From Candidatus Eiseniibacteriota bacterium (lineage in GTDB: Bacteria; Eisenbacteria; RBG-16-71-46; CAVPCR01): a stretch of 64,000 nt of DNA. Location of the stretch: positions 160,001 to 224,000 of the forward strand of contig CAWGMA010000003.1 of the NCBI GenBank assembly GCA_963823555.1. Direction: 5' to 3'. Position numbers and translations under genes: made by a program. Of the stretch, positions 10,701 to 20,453 are shown piece after piece. Below the pieces are notes generated by a model. It saw only the letters and a program-made list of their open reading frames with translations, did not search any database and was not told where the DNA came from. Every line of letters starts with the position of its first letter. Positions within the stretch are counted from its first letter, which is position 1.

Positions 10701-12216
10701 CGTCCCCGCTGAAGAAGGCGCTCGAGACCGCGACCGCCGGTGCGCAGACGGTCGGCTTCAGTCGGCCGTCGTCCGCCGGGCCCCCCGAGGTCGAGCTGTA
10801 GATGGTGTTGGCCGCCGTGCCGTTGCCGGTTCCGCCGGCCGATACGCAGTTCTTGGCGGTTGCCGGGCTTCCCACTGTCCCCGTGCCGCCCGAGTTGCCG
10901 TCGGCGAAGAAGGGGAGGAAGTCGGGGTGCTCCCACATGAACTGGTCGACCGTCATGGCCTGGAAGTCGTAGTCGCCGGCAGCGGCTGATCTGCTCCACG
11001 AGTTCGACATGATGCGCGCCCCGCCCGCGGCATTCCCGGTGTAGGGGAGGACGAGGAGATCGTTGAGGTCGATCGGCACGTAGATCGCGACCGGGTCGCT
11101 GCCACCGCCATCGCAGAAGTAGAGCTGCGCCGCGGGCGCCATGCCGTCGCGGAGATCGGTGGCGAACGGTGAGTCGTCCCCGGCGACGGTGCAACCGGTG
11201 TGGGTGCCGTGTCCGCTCTCGTCGCCGAAGAGGATGCGCGGATCCTCGTTCGTCTTCACATAGGCCACGAGCTTGCGATGATCCGGGTACTGGCCGTAGC
11301 CGGTGATGGAGATCACGGGATCGCGGAACTGATTGTGCGTGGTGCGGATCCCCGAGTCGGCCGTCGAGACCATCTGGCCCTCGCCGCGGATGCCGAGGTC
11401 CCAGATGCGGCGGTCCGAGCTGACCCAGGTCTGCACCACCCACTGCGCGTTCGAGTTGACGATGCGGTTCGGGTGCCAGGGCTCGATCCATGCCACCGCC
11501 GTCTCCCGCGCCAGGTCGGGTAGGATGTCGCTTCCGGCCTGGAAGCGGATGAGCTGGTTCCGCCCGCGCGAGCGCTCGACGACGTTGCCGCCGAGGGTGG
11601 CGATGCGCGCGGCGATGATGTCGGCGGGTTCGCCGTCGAACACCTGGAGGACGTAGCTGTCCCCCCGGCGGCCGGGCGCCATCTCGGGAGCGGCCGCCAG
11701 CTTGTAGGCCGGGTGGTAGGCGCCGGTCCACTCGACTCGGGGCATGCGCGCGATGGTCTCGCGCGCGCCGGCGGGAAGGCGGACCAGGAAGGCGTCGTGC
11801 GGGAGATAGGCATGGATGCGGCCGCCGAGGGATTCGAGATCAGCCTTCCATTCGGCCTCGATCGGGCCGGCGAACTGGACGATGAAGTATCCCGCCGCGT
11901 CGGATCCGGGGTCGCCGCGGAGGGCATCCGGAAGAGGGGGCTCGCCCATGCGGGTGTCGAAGCGGATACCGCTGGCAAGGGTGATCATGGTCCGGTCGGC
12001 TACGGGATCGGGCTGGGTCCGCCCGCGACGGATCACCGAGATCCGGTCCCCGTGGCCGCCGGGCTTGCTCTCCATCCTCGAGGTGAAGGCGGGGCCTGGC
12101 GTGTTCGCCACCCGGTTGGCGCTTTCTCCGGACAGGGCATGAAAGGCGATCGCGAATGCCGCCAGGGCCACGCAACCGAGGAAACGCAGAGAGCGATCCA
12201 GTGTCGGGCGATGCAT
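7777..12216 (-). CDS. Large secreted S8 subtilisin-like peptidase (KP-43-like) with FN3/Ig domains and C-terminal FlgD-Ig domain
   Basis: RBS GAGGT then MHRPT signal peptide; triad ADSG, GHGTHT, GTSMATP; PSAALLKAM; C-terminal NAPNPFNP...IFDVAGR...WDGRD...SGIY. Confidence 0.9.
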   Translation of the reverse strand: MHRPTLDRSLRFLGCVALAAFAIAFHALSGESANRVANTPGPAFTSRMESKPGGHGDRISVIRRGRTQPDPVADRTMITLASGIRFDTRMGEPPLPDALRGDPGSDAAGYFIVQFAGPIEAEWKADLESLGGRIHAYLPHDAFLVRLPAGARETIARMPRVEWTGAYHPAYKLAAAPEMAPGRRGDSYVLQVFDGEPADIIAARIATLGGNVVERSRGRNQLIRFQAGSDILPDLARETAVAWIEPWHPNRIVNSNAQWVVQTWVSSDRRIWDLGIRGEGQMVSTADSGIRTTHNQFRDPVISITGYGQYPDHRKLVAYVKTNEDPRILFGDESGHGTHTGCTVAGDDSPFATDLRDGMAPAAQLYFCDGGGSDPVAIYVPIDLNDLLVLPYTGNAAGGARIMSNSWSRSAAAGDYDFQAMTVDQFMWEHPDFLPFFADGNSGGTGTVGSPATAKNCVSAGGTGNGTAANTIYSSTSGGPADDGRLKPTVCAPAVAVSSAFFSGDASYASLSGTSMATPAMAGAAALMRQYLTEGWYPTGAKVPANGFTPSAALLKAMVVNSGDNSVSGYSIPSNRIGWGRVLTDNVLYFAGDTRRTALVDFTTGLLTGEYVEFAVEVTDATQPIEATLVWTDYPSTPAAAINLVNNLDLIATEPGGAVYRGNFYAAGQSSTGGTADAINVEECVQRNLPSAGTWILRVEAANVPFGPQPFALVVTGGLASGLAVVELNQAAYGAEDTVAIRVTDPDAALPLTVSVSSTTESTPEVVSLDGGDGIFTGAIPISLAAPAADGRIQVSNGDEITVTYLDPNPIAARATVNLLGPVITAVHAGNQSQDGATITWLTSTPASSRVYYGTTPLLGAETELEPALVTTHAVTITGLATNQTYYFDVESVDHQGNGVRDDAGGVHYRFTTDSRRDVLVVITDSSFDKRGYYETALSSRGWAHAIWEGALASPPRLGNLDSGLRSFKAVVWQPGLEQYPVITDAARDTLTALNAGGARWAIFSHDVAWDFSEPSSPDYSPARKAWFETELKAIWQADPATWSSVLGIAGDPISGTYTAGIPYTPHRSGAAGDEINPNPVGGTALASWRNNDTSPDDIAIRFTGAMPAGDPGSAVWGGQPTKISTNFYEWAHLNAVVPDDEARADILDRTLIWLIGHDHPDVTVTGPDGGEVITSGPVAISWTESAAAGFTVASRTIHVSSNGGESWNLVAAAPGPPPYSWNPAGFPNGTRYRIRVAITDNGSPSLRGRDDSNGDLTLHLPGGDLTGPVVVAGSIAVDPLPIRASEATSLAATVTDANTGGSNILAAEWSAGLNPAPAGTGTAMTGDFGTITVGVMAEIPAGTFGEDFVTLWVRAKDQGGAWGGAASLRVPVNAGPTGIGSEASAEFRFGLDQNAPNPFNPATTIRFTLESEAPVALTIFDVAGRAVRSLVSGQLAGGTHVVAWDGRDERGAPVASGIYLYKLVTPDRAAVRKMVLLQ

Positions 12217-12419
12217 GAATACCTCTTCCGCTGGCAACGGGGGTCGGGGGTGCCGGATCCATCCGGCCCCGGGGGCTTCTGGGGCGTCTGGGCTGCCCCT
12301 TCCTGGCGGTAGCAGTGGATCATAGCCGAGCCCCCGCCGGGGAGCCAGTGGCAGGTCGGCAGCCGCCGCACCATCCGTTGCGCTATGCTCCAGCGAGATC
12401 GGTCCCGGTCGAGAAAGTG

Positions 12420-14972
12420 ATGAAGGCAAGGGGCTTTCGGGGTTCGGGCTTTCTCCTGGCAGTTCTGGCGGCAGCCATGCTGCCCGCCGCCATGGCGCGC
12501 GCGGCCGGTCCGCCCTTGAAGCCGGCGCCGGTTCTCACGATCGAGCGGGCCACACGTCAGGAGATGCCCACCCGCACCTTCGACGTGCACCATCTGAAGC
12601 TCGAGCTCGCGCTGGATCCGGAGGCCGGGCGGATCTCCGGCGAGGCGACCCTGACCCTGAGCCCGCTCAGCGGTTCGATCACCGAGGTCCCGCTTCATGC
12701 CGCGGACCTGGCCATTGAAGCCGCCTGGATCGAACGGGAAGGGACCATCGACAGCGCGGGCACCGCAGTCGAACCCGGGCTCCTGCGCGTCGCCCTGCCG
12801 CGAAGCGCCGCCCCCGGGGAGACGCTCCGGGTGCGGGTGCGCTACACCGCGCATCCTGCGACCGGTCTCACCTTCGTCGCCGCCGATCCCGCCGGCGGCC
12901 GCTCGCTCCAGATATGGAGCCAGGGTGAAGCCGAGGAGAATCGCTTCTGGTATCCGGCGTGGGACTACCCCAATGACCGGGCGACGAGCGAGCTCGTGGT
13001 CACGGTGCCGGAAGGCCTCACCGCGGTCGGCAACGGCCTCCTGGTCGCCCGGCGCGAAAACCCAGATCGCACCGTGACGTTTCACTGGCGCGAGGACCAT
13101 CCCCACGTCAACTACCTGTTCTCCCTCGCCGTGGGCGATTTCGTCCGGCTGCCGGCGCAGGCCGGCGAGGTTCCGCTCGAGGTCTATGTCGAGCGCGGGC
13201 TCGAACCGCTCGCCGAGCGGAGCTTCGGCCACACCGCCGATATGGTGCAGACGTTCGCCCGGGCTTTCGCTCATCCCTATCCGTTCGAGAAGTACGCCCA
13301 GGTCACGGTGCGCGACTTTGCCTACTGGGGCATGGAGAACGTGAGCGCCACGACGCTGATGGAGCGGACCCTGCACGATGAGGCCGCGCACCTCACGTAC
13401 ACCTCGGACGACCTCGTGGCGCATGAGCTGGCGCATTCCTGGTTCGGCAACATGATCACCTGCCGGAGCTGGAGCCAGCTCTGGCTCAACGAGGGTTTTG
13501 CGACCTACGCCGAGGCGATCTACTACGAGGCCCGGTGGGGAGAGGAGGGCCTGGTCGACCGCCTGCTGAATGACCGCGAGAACTACCTCGAGGAGTACGA
13601 GGAGGACTACCGGCGGGCCATCGTCACCGATGTCTTCGTCGAACCGGTGGACCTCTTGGATGCCCACACCTACAGCAAGGCAGCTCTGGTCTTGCACATG
13701 CTGCGGAAAGAGCTCGGCGAGGAGGTGTTCTGGACGGCGCTCCACCGCTATGTCGCCGCCTTTGCCTGGAGGGAAGTCGAGACATCCGATCTGCGTAGGA
13801 TCTGCGAGGAAGTGTCGGGGCGCGATCTCGGCGTGTTCTTCGACCAGTGGCTCTACCGCAGCGGCCACCCTGTGCTCGCGGCGAGCTGGTCCTGGGACCG
13901 CGAGCTCGGGCAGGTCGAAATCGAGATCGAGCAGACTCAGGGAGTCGACGATTCGCCGTTGTTCTTCGACACGGCGCTCGACATCCGCATCGTGACGGCG
14001 GTTCCGGACGCCGGCCGGCCGGAGGTCGTGGACCATCGCGTGCGCCTCCGGGGCGCGCGGGAGACGTTCCATTTTCCGGCGGCGGCGCGTCCCAGCTTCG
14101 TCCAGCTCGATCCGGCCGGCTGGCTCCTCGCCGAGATCGACTTCCAGAAGCCGGCCGCCGAGTGGGCGCTCGAGCTGGCCAGCACCACGGAGGTTCTGGG
14201 GCGCGTGGCGGCGGTTCGCGCGCTCGGTGCATTCCCCGGAGACACGACGGCGCTCGCCGCGCTCGCCCGTGCCCTGCGCGAGGACACCTCGCGGCACGTG
14301 CGCGCCCGGGCCGCGGCCAGTCTCGGCGAGCTCGGCACCGAATCGGCGCTCGACACGCTGGCCAGCGGACTGGCCGATCCCGATGCGCGTGTCCGCCTGG
14401 CCGTGGCCACGGCGCTCGGCGAATTCGCCTCGGCGCGCGCGGCGGACCGCCTGCTCGATCTCATCGACCGCGATCCGAGTCCGTATGTGGTCGGCGCCGC
14501 CGCCGAGGCGCTGGGTGCCACCGGGGATGTACGGGCGCACCAGCGTCTCTTGCATCTCCGGCAGCGGAGCGCCCACGCCGACGAGATCGCGCGTGGCGCC
14601 TACGCCGGCCTTGCCGCCCTCGAGGATGAGGCCGTGCTGCCGGATCTCATGCGCGGCACAGGCGAGGACATACCGGGTGAGGCCCGGCGCGCGGCGATCC
14701 TTGGGCTCGGCACCCTGGCATCTGAGTTGCCCGAGCGACGACCGGAGATCCAGGCGCGGCTCGTGGGGCTTCTCGACGCGCCGTTGCTCGACACCCGGCT
14801 CGCCGCGATCGAGGCCATGGGGGAGAGCGGGGATCCGGGTGCCCTGCCGGTGTTGAGCCAGCTTGGACGGAGCGCGTGCGGGGAGTTAGTGCGAGCGACG
14901 GCACGGCATGCTGCCTGGCACGTCGCCCATGCCGAGGATTCAGCCGGCAAGACCGCGGACAAGGAGGATTGA
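12420..14972 (+). CDS. Secreted M1 family aminopeptidase with C-terminal HEAT repeats
   Basis: Signal peptide; WGMEN (GxMEN), HELAH...NEGFATY zinc motif, YSKA; HEAT repeats ([20 protein letters not shown]). Confidence 0.9.
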   Translation: MKARGFRGSGFLLAVLAAAMLPAAMARAAGPPLKPAPVLTIERATRQEMPTRTFDVHHLKLELALDPEAGRISGEATLTLSPLSGSITEVPLHAADLAIEAAWIEREGTIDSAGTAVEPGLLRVALPRSAAPGETLRVRVRYTAHPATGLTFVAADPAGGRSLQIWSQGEAEENRFWYPAWDYPNDRATSELVVTVPEGLTAVGNGLLVARRENPDRTVTFHWREDHPHVNYLFSLAVGDFVRLPAQAGEVPLEVYVERGLEPLAERSFGHTADMVQTFARAFAHPYPFEKYAQVTVRDFAYWGMENVSATTLMERTLHDEAAHLTYTSDDLVAHELAHSWFGNMITCRSWSQLWLNEGFATYAEAIYYEARWGEEGLVDRLLNDRENYLEEYEEDYRRAIVTDVFVEPVDLLDAHTYSKAALVLHMLRKELGEEVFWTALHRYVAAFAWREVETSDLRRICEEVSGRDLGVFFDQWLYRSGHPVLAASWSWDRELGQVEIEIEQTQGVDDSPLFFDTALDIRIVTAVPDAGRPEVVDHRVRLRGARETFHFPAAARPSFVQLDPAGWLLAEIDFQKPAAEWALELASTTEVLGRVAAVRALGAFPGDTTALAALARALREDTSRHVRARAAASLGELGTESALDTLASGLADPDARVRLAVATALGEFASARAADRLLDLIDRDPSPYVVGAAAEALGATGDVRAHQRLLHLRQRSAHADEIARGAYAGLAALEDEAVLPDLMRGTGEDIPGEARRAAILGLGTLASELPERRPEIQARLVGLLDAPLLDTRLAAIEAMGESGDPGALPVLSQLGRSACGELVRATARHAAWHVAHAEDSAGKTADKED

Positions 14973-14974
14973 TC

Positions 14975-15112
14975 ATGATCATGACCACGACGCCGACCAT
15001 CGAGGGCAAGCGCATCGCCGACTACAAGGGAGTGGTGACGGGCGAAGCGATCCTCGGCGCCAACGGCAGCATGCTCATGGTGAGCGTGAGCGGCACCGCC
15101 GTCGTCATCTAG
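14975..15112 (+). pseudogene. Internally deleted YbjQ/UPF0145 family gene (45 aa)
   Basis: RBS AGGAGG; N-terminal [30 protein letters not shown] joined directly to C-terminal [15 protein letters not shown]; the central RD...GG...Y region is absent. Confidence 0.7.
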
Positions 15113-15660
15113 CGCACGGTGAAGGTGGCGCTCGAACCACCGAGCGGCACCGTCGTCGACCCGCCGTTGACGCCCGTGGCGCTGGCGACGCGGAGGGATG
15201 AGGTCCCGGTGGCCGCGTTGCTGGCGACCTCGACCGTGGCGGTGACCACGATCCCGTCGCCGGGCGGGATCTCGGATGTGCCATTCAGGTCCACGAGGAT
15301 CACGCGGGCCAATCCGCCCGCGATCTCGTTCACCTGAGCGTCGAAGTCCGCGGCGCGGGCGCCGGCGCCGGCCGCGGTCACGCTCAGAAGGGCGGCGTCA
15401 TAGCCGAGGTCGAATTGCAGCCCGGTGAGCGAGCTCGTGTTCTCGAGCCGGAAGCTCACCGTGACGGCGGCTCCTGGCGCCCCGGCGGCATCATCGATGC
15501 GAAGGACGTTCGTCAGGTCGGGGGTGAAGGGTGGCGGCCCGTTGCCATCGTCGTCATCACCCCCGCCGCAGCCGGCAAGGAGAATGAAGGAGAGAACCGC
15601 CGTGGCAAGAGCGCACCGGCGCAGCGAGGGTATCGATCGGACGCTCATCGTGGCTGCCAA
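15109..15660 (-). CDS. Cohesin-domain lipoprotein
   Basis: Lipobox LLAG-C then GGGDDDD; cohesin-like strands [13 protein letters not shown]...[13 protein letters not shown]...RVILVD...IPPGDG; AGGAGGAGG RBS before TTG 15660 (alternative starts 15714, 15648). Confidence 0.8.
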   Translation of the reverse strand: MAATMSVRSIPSLRRCALATAVLSFILLAGCGGGDDDDGNGPPPFTPDLTNVLRIDDAAGAPGAAVTVSFRLENTSSLTGLQFDLGYDAALLSVTAAGAGARAADFDAQVNEIAGGLARVILVDLNGTSEIPPGDGIVVTATVEVASNAATGTSSLRVASATGVNGGSTTVPLGGSSATFTVR

Positions 15661-15710
15661 GGGTTGTCCTCCTCCTTGCGGTGTGCTCGCCGGGTGATCG
15701 GCCGTGTTGC

Positions 15711-18593
15711 TCATCGCACCACCGTGAGCCGCGCGGTTGCACTCTCACCGCCGGCCGTCACGCGTGCCCAGTAGACTCCTGCCGGCAGCGGCCGTCCCCT
15801 GGACCCGCGGCCGTCCCAGACGATCTCATGCCGGCCTGGCGCGCGCGTATCATCGGCCGGCATGGCCACCAGCCGTCCCGACACATCATAGATTCCCACG
15901 GTAACGCGCCGATTTTCCCTGCCTGGCACCTCGATGGCGATACGGGCGGGACCGGCAAAGGGATTCTGCGTGGCCGCCCATATCCGTAGCGACGCCGGTG
16001 CGCCGCCGCCCGCCGGATCCGGAATGGGGGCGCCGAAGGAGACGGTCCCGGCGACGTGCTCGCCACCCGGACCGACGAGGTCGAGGCGCAGCGGGCGCCA
16101 GGCCGCCGTCTCGGCTCCCGCGGCCGCGACGAAGGGCAGGTTGATGACGGGGTTCCCGCCGCTCAGCGAATGCCCGTCGGCGGCGAGCGCCATGAGGCGT
16201 GTGGTCCCCTCGGCATCGCGCGGCGAGCCGAGGGCGAGAACGCCGCTCCGCGCGCCGCGCACCGCGGCGGCGAGTGGTGTCAGGGTGCCTCCTGGCGCCG
16301 GCGCCAGGTCGAGCTCGAGCCCCGACACGGGAGCAGCCGCCTGGATCGTGATCGGGAGGATCCATGTCACCGCGCCGACCGGCGGCACGGGTGGGTTCGC
16401 GAACGCACCGGCCGCCATGATGGCGCGGATCACCAGGACCACGTCACCGACATCGATGATCTCGTCACGGTTCATGTCCGTGCGATCACGCTCCTCGGGG
16501 GTCGGCTGCTGGACCTCCAGGACATAGTCGAGGGCGAGGAGCGCATCGGTGATTTCGAGGACGCCGTTGCCATCGATGTCGCCGGCGATGGTGGTGTCGG
16601 ATGCGGCGGCGTTCGCGGCGGCGAGGACATCGAGCTTCCCGTACCCCCATAGAGCGTTGGGCAAGAGACCCGTGAAGGCATCGGAACGAGCGGTGGTGGT
16701 CAAGGCGCGCTTCAGATCGACGATGTCCCAGTCGGGATGGAGCTCCAGGAGCAGGGCCACGGCTCCAGTGACATGCGGCGCGGCCTGGCTCGTGCCTTGC
16801 TGGATGGCATAGCGGTCGCCGGCGAGGAGGAACATGTTGGGGAACTGCGGAAACGGCGAGGCAAAGCTCGATGACGGCGACGTCGGCGGAGCATCGACGG
16901 AGAAGCAGGAGGCAATCTCCATCCCCGGTGCGCAGAGCTCCGGCTTGATTCTCCCGTCGCGCGTCGGCCCGGCGTTGGAGAAGGGTGCGATCGCGCCGAA
17001 GGCGGCGTTGGGTAGGCCGAGGGTGCGCAGGTCGAAGTGGTTGCCGTCCTTGTCATCCCATTCGATCTTGGTCGTATGGGCGCCGACGGTGATGGCGTTG
17101 CGCGCCGTGCCCGGCTCCGAAACGAAGCCGGTGGAACTGGCGAAGCTGCCGAAGGCGGTGGCGGCTCCGGGCAGGGTCGGCTCGAAGGTGCTGATGGAGA
17201 TGTAGGCATCGAAGGGGCCGGCGCCGTTCTCGAGGCGGATCCGCCAGCTGCCGGGCACGGGCTGGGCGCCGGGGATATCGATGACCAGGATGTTGGCCTC
17301 GAAGTCGCCGTTGGCCGGGTTGGCGCCCGCTCCGACGTTCTGGACCAGGATCAGACCGTCCTCGCTGAAGGTGCCGCTCGGAGCGTTCGACTCACCGGGA
17401 GCGAACGGGCCGACGGCCAGTCCGTTGGGCGTGATGACCGTGATCGAGAATCCGGCGAAGGTCTCGTACCAGAGGTTGATGAGCACGAAGTCGTTCTGCA
17501 CGCCGGACGCCGGTACGTAATCCGGGATCGTGAAGCGGAGATCGTTGACTCCGCTCACGTAGTCCGAGGCGGCATGCTGCGCCGGCAGGCTGCGCTCGTT
17601 GCCGGCCGCCGCGACGATGGCCTTTCCCGGCCTGCCGCTGCCCACCAGGTTGTCGATCGCCACCTCCTGCAGCGCCGAGCCGTCGTGGGCCCCGAAATGG
17701 CCGCCGAAGCTCAGATTGGTCACGTAGGGCTGGCCGAGCTCGGCGGCCTTCTGATCGATGAAGGAGAGGGCGTTGACGACATCGGCCTCGCTCAGGCCCC
17801 CCGAGCCCGCGCGATCGCCGTTGACGATGATGAGATCGGCGCCGGGCGCGACCCCTCTCATGCCCGACATGACGCGGCCGCCACCGGCGGCGCTGCCGGC
17901 GACATGGGTGCCGTGGCCGACGACATCGCGCGCTGTGGCGCCCTGATCGATCTGGGCGGCGGTGAGGAGCGTGCCGCCGAAGGGGCCGTTGCCCGGCACG
18001 CTCAGGTCGAGCAGGAACTTGATGCGGGTCGTGCCGTCGGGATTCTGGAAGTCGGGATGCTCGGTATCGATGCCGGTGTCGATGACACCAACGATCACGC
18101 CCTCTCCGGTTGCTCCGTACTCCGACCACACGCCGGGGGCGCCCGTGTCGGGAACGCTCAGGTCGTTCATGAGGCGCATCCGGCCGGCGGCCTGGACGCG
18201 TTCGACCACCGGCAGTCGGGCGATGTCGTCAACAAGAGCGAGGGGCACCGCGCGCGCCGTGGCCACTTCGCCGATGACCGTATCGATCTCGAGGCCGAGC
18301 GCCGATAACGACGTCACATCACCGCCTGCGACGGCAAGGAGGAGATCGGCGACCGGAACCCCGGCCAGGAGTCGGGCCCCGAGCGCCGACGCAGCCGGGC
18401 TCAGCATGGGCGCGCCCCGGCCCGGGCTCGCGGCGGCTTCATAGAGCGGCTCGGCGGCCAGGGCGAGCAGGGGCTGGACCTTGCGTCCCTCCTCGGGCGA
18501 GAGCGAAGGAGCCGCCACCGCGGACGTTGCCGAGATGAGAAGTGCGGCGACCAGCAACCCGGACCGTCGGGAGACCCTTATCGCGTTCATCAT
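15711..18593 (-). CDS. Secreted S8 peptidase with dockerin, cohesin-like and FlgD-Ig domains
   Basis: Signal peptide and propeptide; IDTG, GHGTHVAG, AAAGN, GTSQAAP; duplicated Ca-loop dockerin GDIDGNGVLEITDA/TDMNRDEIIDVGDV; C-terminal NPF...IYDVSGR...WDGR...AGVY. Confidence 0.9.
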   Translation of the reverse strand: MMNAIRVSRRSGLLVAALLISATSAVAAPSLSPEEGRKVQPLLALAAEPLYEAAASPGRGAPMLSPAASALGARLLAGVPVADLLLAVAGGDVTSLSALGLEIDTVIGEVATARAVPLALVDDIARLPVVERVQAAGRMRLMNDLSVPDTGAPGVWSEYGATGEGVIVGVIDTGIDTEHPDFQNPDGTTRIKFLLDLSVPGNGPFGGTLLTAAQIDQGATARDVVGHGTHVAGSAAGGGRVMSGMRGVAPGADLIIVNGDRAGSGGLSEADVVNALSFIDQKAAELGQPYVTNLSFGGHFGAHDGSALQEVAIDNLVGSGRPGKAIVAAAGNERSLPAQHAASDYVSGVNDLRFTIPDYVPASGVQNDFVLINLWYETFAGFSITVITPNGLAVGPFAPGESNAPSGTFSEDGLILVQNVGAGANPANGDFEANILVIDIPGAQPVPGSWRIRLENGAGPFDAYISISTFEPTLPGAATAFGSFASSTGFVSEPGTARNAITVGAHTTKIEWDDKDGNHFDLRTLGLPNAAFGAIAPFSNAGPTRDGRIKPELCAPGMEIASCFSVDAPPTSPSSSFASPFPQFPNMFLLAGDRYAIQQGTSQAAPHVTGAVALLLELHPDWDIVDLKRALTTTARSDAFTGLLPNALWGYGKLDVLAAANAAASDTTIAGDIDGNGVLEITDALLALDYVLEVQQPTPEERDRTDMNRDEIIDVGDVVLVIRAIMAAGAFANPPVPPVGAVTWILPITIQAAAPVSGLELDLAPAPGGTLTPLAAAVRGARSGVLALGSPRDAEGTTRLMALAADGHSLSGGNPVINLPFVAAAGAETAAWRPLRLDLVGPGGEHVAGTVSFGAPIPDPAGGGAPASLRIWAATQNPFAGPARIAIEVPGRENRRVTVGIYDVSGRLVAMPADDTRAPGRHEIVWDGRGSRGRPLPAGVYWARVTAGGESATARLTVVR

Positions 18594-18624
18594 GAAGTGC
18601 CCCTTCAGAGCGTGATGGTCGTTG

Positions 18625-18993
18625 TCACTTGATCTGCATCTGGCGAGCAGGCTCGATCTGGATCACCTCGTCCAGCGCGGCGATCTCGGCCAGCGAGCGC
18701 GGCTGGATCCAGCCGGTGAGGACGTCGCCGACAACCGTGTCGACGCGCATCCCCCTCGACTCGAGGAAGGGGCTGGAAGCCGCTTCATCGACCCGGACGA
18801 GCACCGAGAGAAGCGAGTCCCCTTTTCCTTCGCTCAGGAGCTGGGAGGCGGTGCGGCGCAGCTCGGGATCGACCTTGGCCGCAGCAGGGCCGGGAAGGTC
18901 GAGCGTTTCCTGACCATGGGAACCGCATCCAGCCAGAACAGCGAGGGCCAGGACGCTGAAGAGGGCAGGGCGGAGAGAGGTTGAGTGGCGCAT
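18625..18993 (-). CDS. Small lipoprotein resembling a stand-alone S8 propeptide (putative protease inhibitor/chaperone)
   Basis: MRHST...VLAG-C lipobox; mature region aligns by eye to the propeptide of the adjacent S8. Confidence 0.7.
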   Translation of the reverse strand: MRHSTSLRPALFSVLALAVLAGCGSHGQETLDLPGPAAAKVDPELRRTASQLLSEGKGDSLLSVLVRVDEAASSPFLESRGMRVDTVVGDVLTGWIQPRSLAEIAALDEVIQIEPARQMQIK

Positions 18994-19124
18994 CCTGGCC
19001 TCGGGGTGGGGAGCCTCTCGACGGCGCGCGGCACAGCCAATGCAGGCCGGCGCAGGATTCCAGAGCCAAGTGACATTACCACTGGCGCCTGGGCGTGGGA
19101 AGCGGCTCGCGCCGGGCGGGAACG

Positions 19125-19661
19125 CTAGCTGCGAGCGAGCGGGATGAACCCCTTGGGATAGCGCCGGGCCAGATCGACGTAGGTCTTCTTGAAGTGGAGC
19201 CACTCGGCCTTGTAACGCTCGTCGACCGTCTTCTCGAGGATCCTGGCTGGAACGCCGACCGCGATCTGTCCGGGCGGGATCTCCTGGCGCTGGCGCACGA
19301 CACAGCCCTCGCCGACGACCGCCCAGGTCCCGAGAACGGTCCAGTCGCTCACGACCGCGCCCATGCCGATGACGACATAATCCTCGATGCGCAGGGCGTT
19401 GTGGATGATCGAGCCGTGTCCGACGGTGACCCAGTTTCCGATCGTGCACACCTCACCCGGCCGGGCGTGGATGACGCAGTTGTCCTCGATGCTGGTGAAG
19501 TCGCCGATGTGGATCGTGCCGTAGTCGCCGCGGATGCGGGCGCCGGGGCCGATCCAGCAGCCGCGGCCGATCACGACATCCCCGAAGACATCGGCCGATG
19601 GATGAATGTAGGTCGCTTCGCCGATCGTCGGCGTCTTGCCCTCGAAGCTGGCAACGCTCAT
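19125..19661 (-). CDS. Gamma carbonic anhydrase family (hexapeptide repeat) protein
   Basis: IRGDYG, IEDNCVIH, VGHGSIIH, IGMGAVV, GVPAR. Confidence 0.9.
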   Translation of the reverse strand: MSVASFEGKTPTIGEATYIHPSADVFGDVVIGRGCWIGPGARIRGDYGTIHIGDFTSIEDNCVIHARPGEVCTIGNWVTVGHGSIIHNALRIEDYVVIGMGAVVSDWTVLGTWAVVGEGCVVRQRQEIPPGQIAVGVPARILEKTVDERYKAEWLHFKKTYVDLARRYPKGFIPLARS

Positions 19662-19727
19662 GGCGGTTGTCCTCCCGGTGGCGAGGATAGCAGGAAGTGC
19701 CGCCTGGCCGGTGCTAGGATCTCGCTC

Positions 19728-20453
19728 ATGGACCACCGAGCCGGTGAGAGCGATCTCCTTCTGCTCCGCGACGTTCACCATGTCTATGCCGATGACGGGG
19801 TCGAGGTCGTGGCGCTGCGCGGCGTGACGCTCTCGGTGAAGGCCGGCGAGTTCGTGGCCATCGTCGGTCAGAGCGGCTGCGGCAAGAGCACTCTCCTCCA
19901 TGTGATGGGGGCCATGGATCGCCCGCGTTCGGGCGAGGTATGGCTTCGCGGCCGGGAGATCGCTCGCCTCGATGACGAGTCGCGCACCGCCATCCGCCAG
20001 CGCGAGGTGGGTTTCGTCTTCCAGTTCTTCAATCTGCTCCCCACGCTCGACCTGAGCGAGAACGTGATGCTGCCGGCGTTGCTCGCCGGCGCCGGTGTTG
20101 CCGCCGCGCGCCAGAGGGCCGAGGATCTGCTCCGCGCCGTCGGGCTCTCCGGGCTCGGCGCTCGCCGGGCGACCGCGCTCTCCGGCGGCGAGCGCCAGCG
20201 TGGCGCGATCGCTCGCGCCCTGGTCAACGAGGCCCCGCTGCTCCTCGCCGATGAGCCGACGGGGAATCTGGACAGCGGGACCGGAGCCGAGATCATCCGG
20301 CTCCTGCGCGCCCTGCCGGCGAGCCGGGGCACGACCGTCGTGCTCGCCACTCATGCTACCGAGCTCGCCCGCGTCGCCGATCGCGTCGTCACCATGCGTG
20401 ATGGGCGCATCGAGAGCGACGAGGCGGCGGGCGAGGGCCAGGACAGGCTGTGA
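19728..20453 (+). CDS. LolD/MacB-type ABC transporter ATP-binding protein
   Basis: GQSGCGKS, GFVFQFFNL, LSGGERQR, LLADEPTGNLD. Confidence 0.93.
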   Translation: MDHRAGESDLLLLRDVHHVYADDGVEVVALRGVTLSVKAGEFVAIVGQSGCGKSTLLHVMGAMDRPRSGEVWLRGREIARLDDESRTAIRQREVGFVFQFFNLLPTLDLSENVMLPALLAGAGVAAARQRAEDLLRAVGLSGLGARRATALSGGERQRGAIARALVNEAPLLLADEPTGNLDSGTGAEIIRLLRALPASRGTTVVLATHATELARVADRVVTMRDGRIESDEAAGEGQDRL

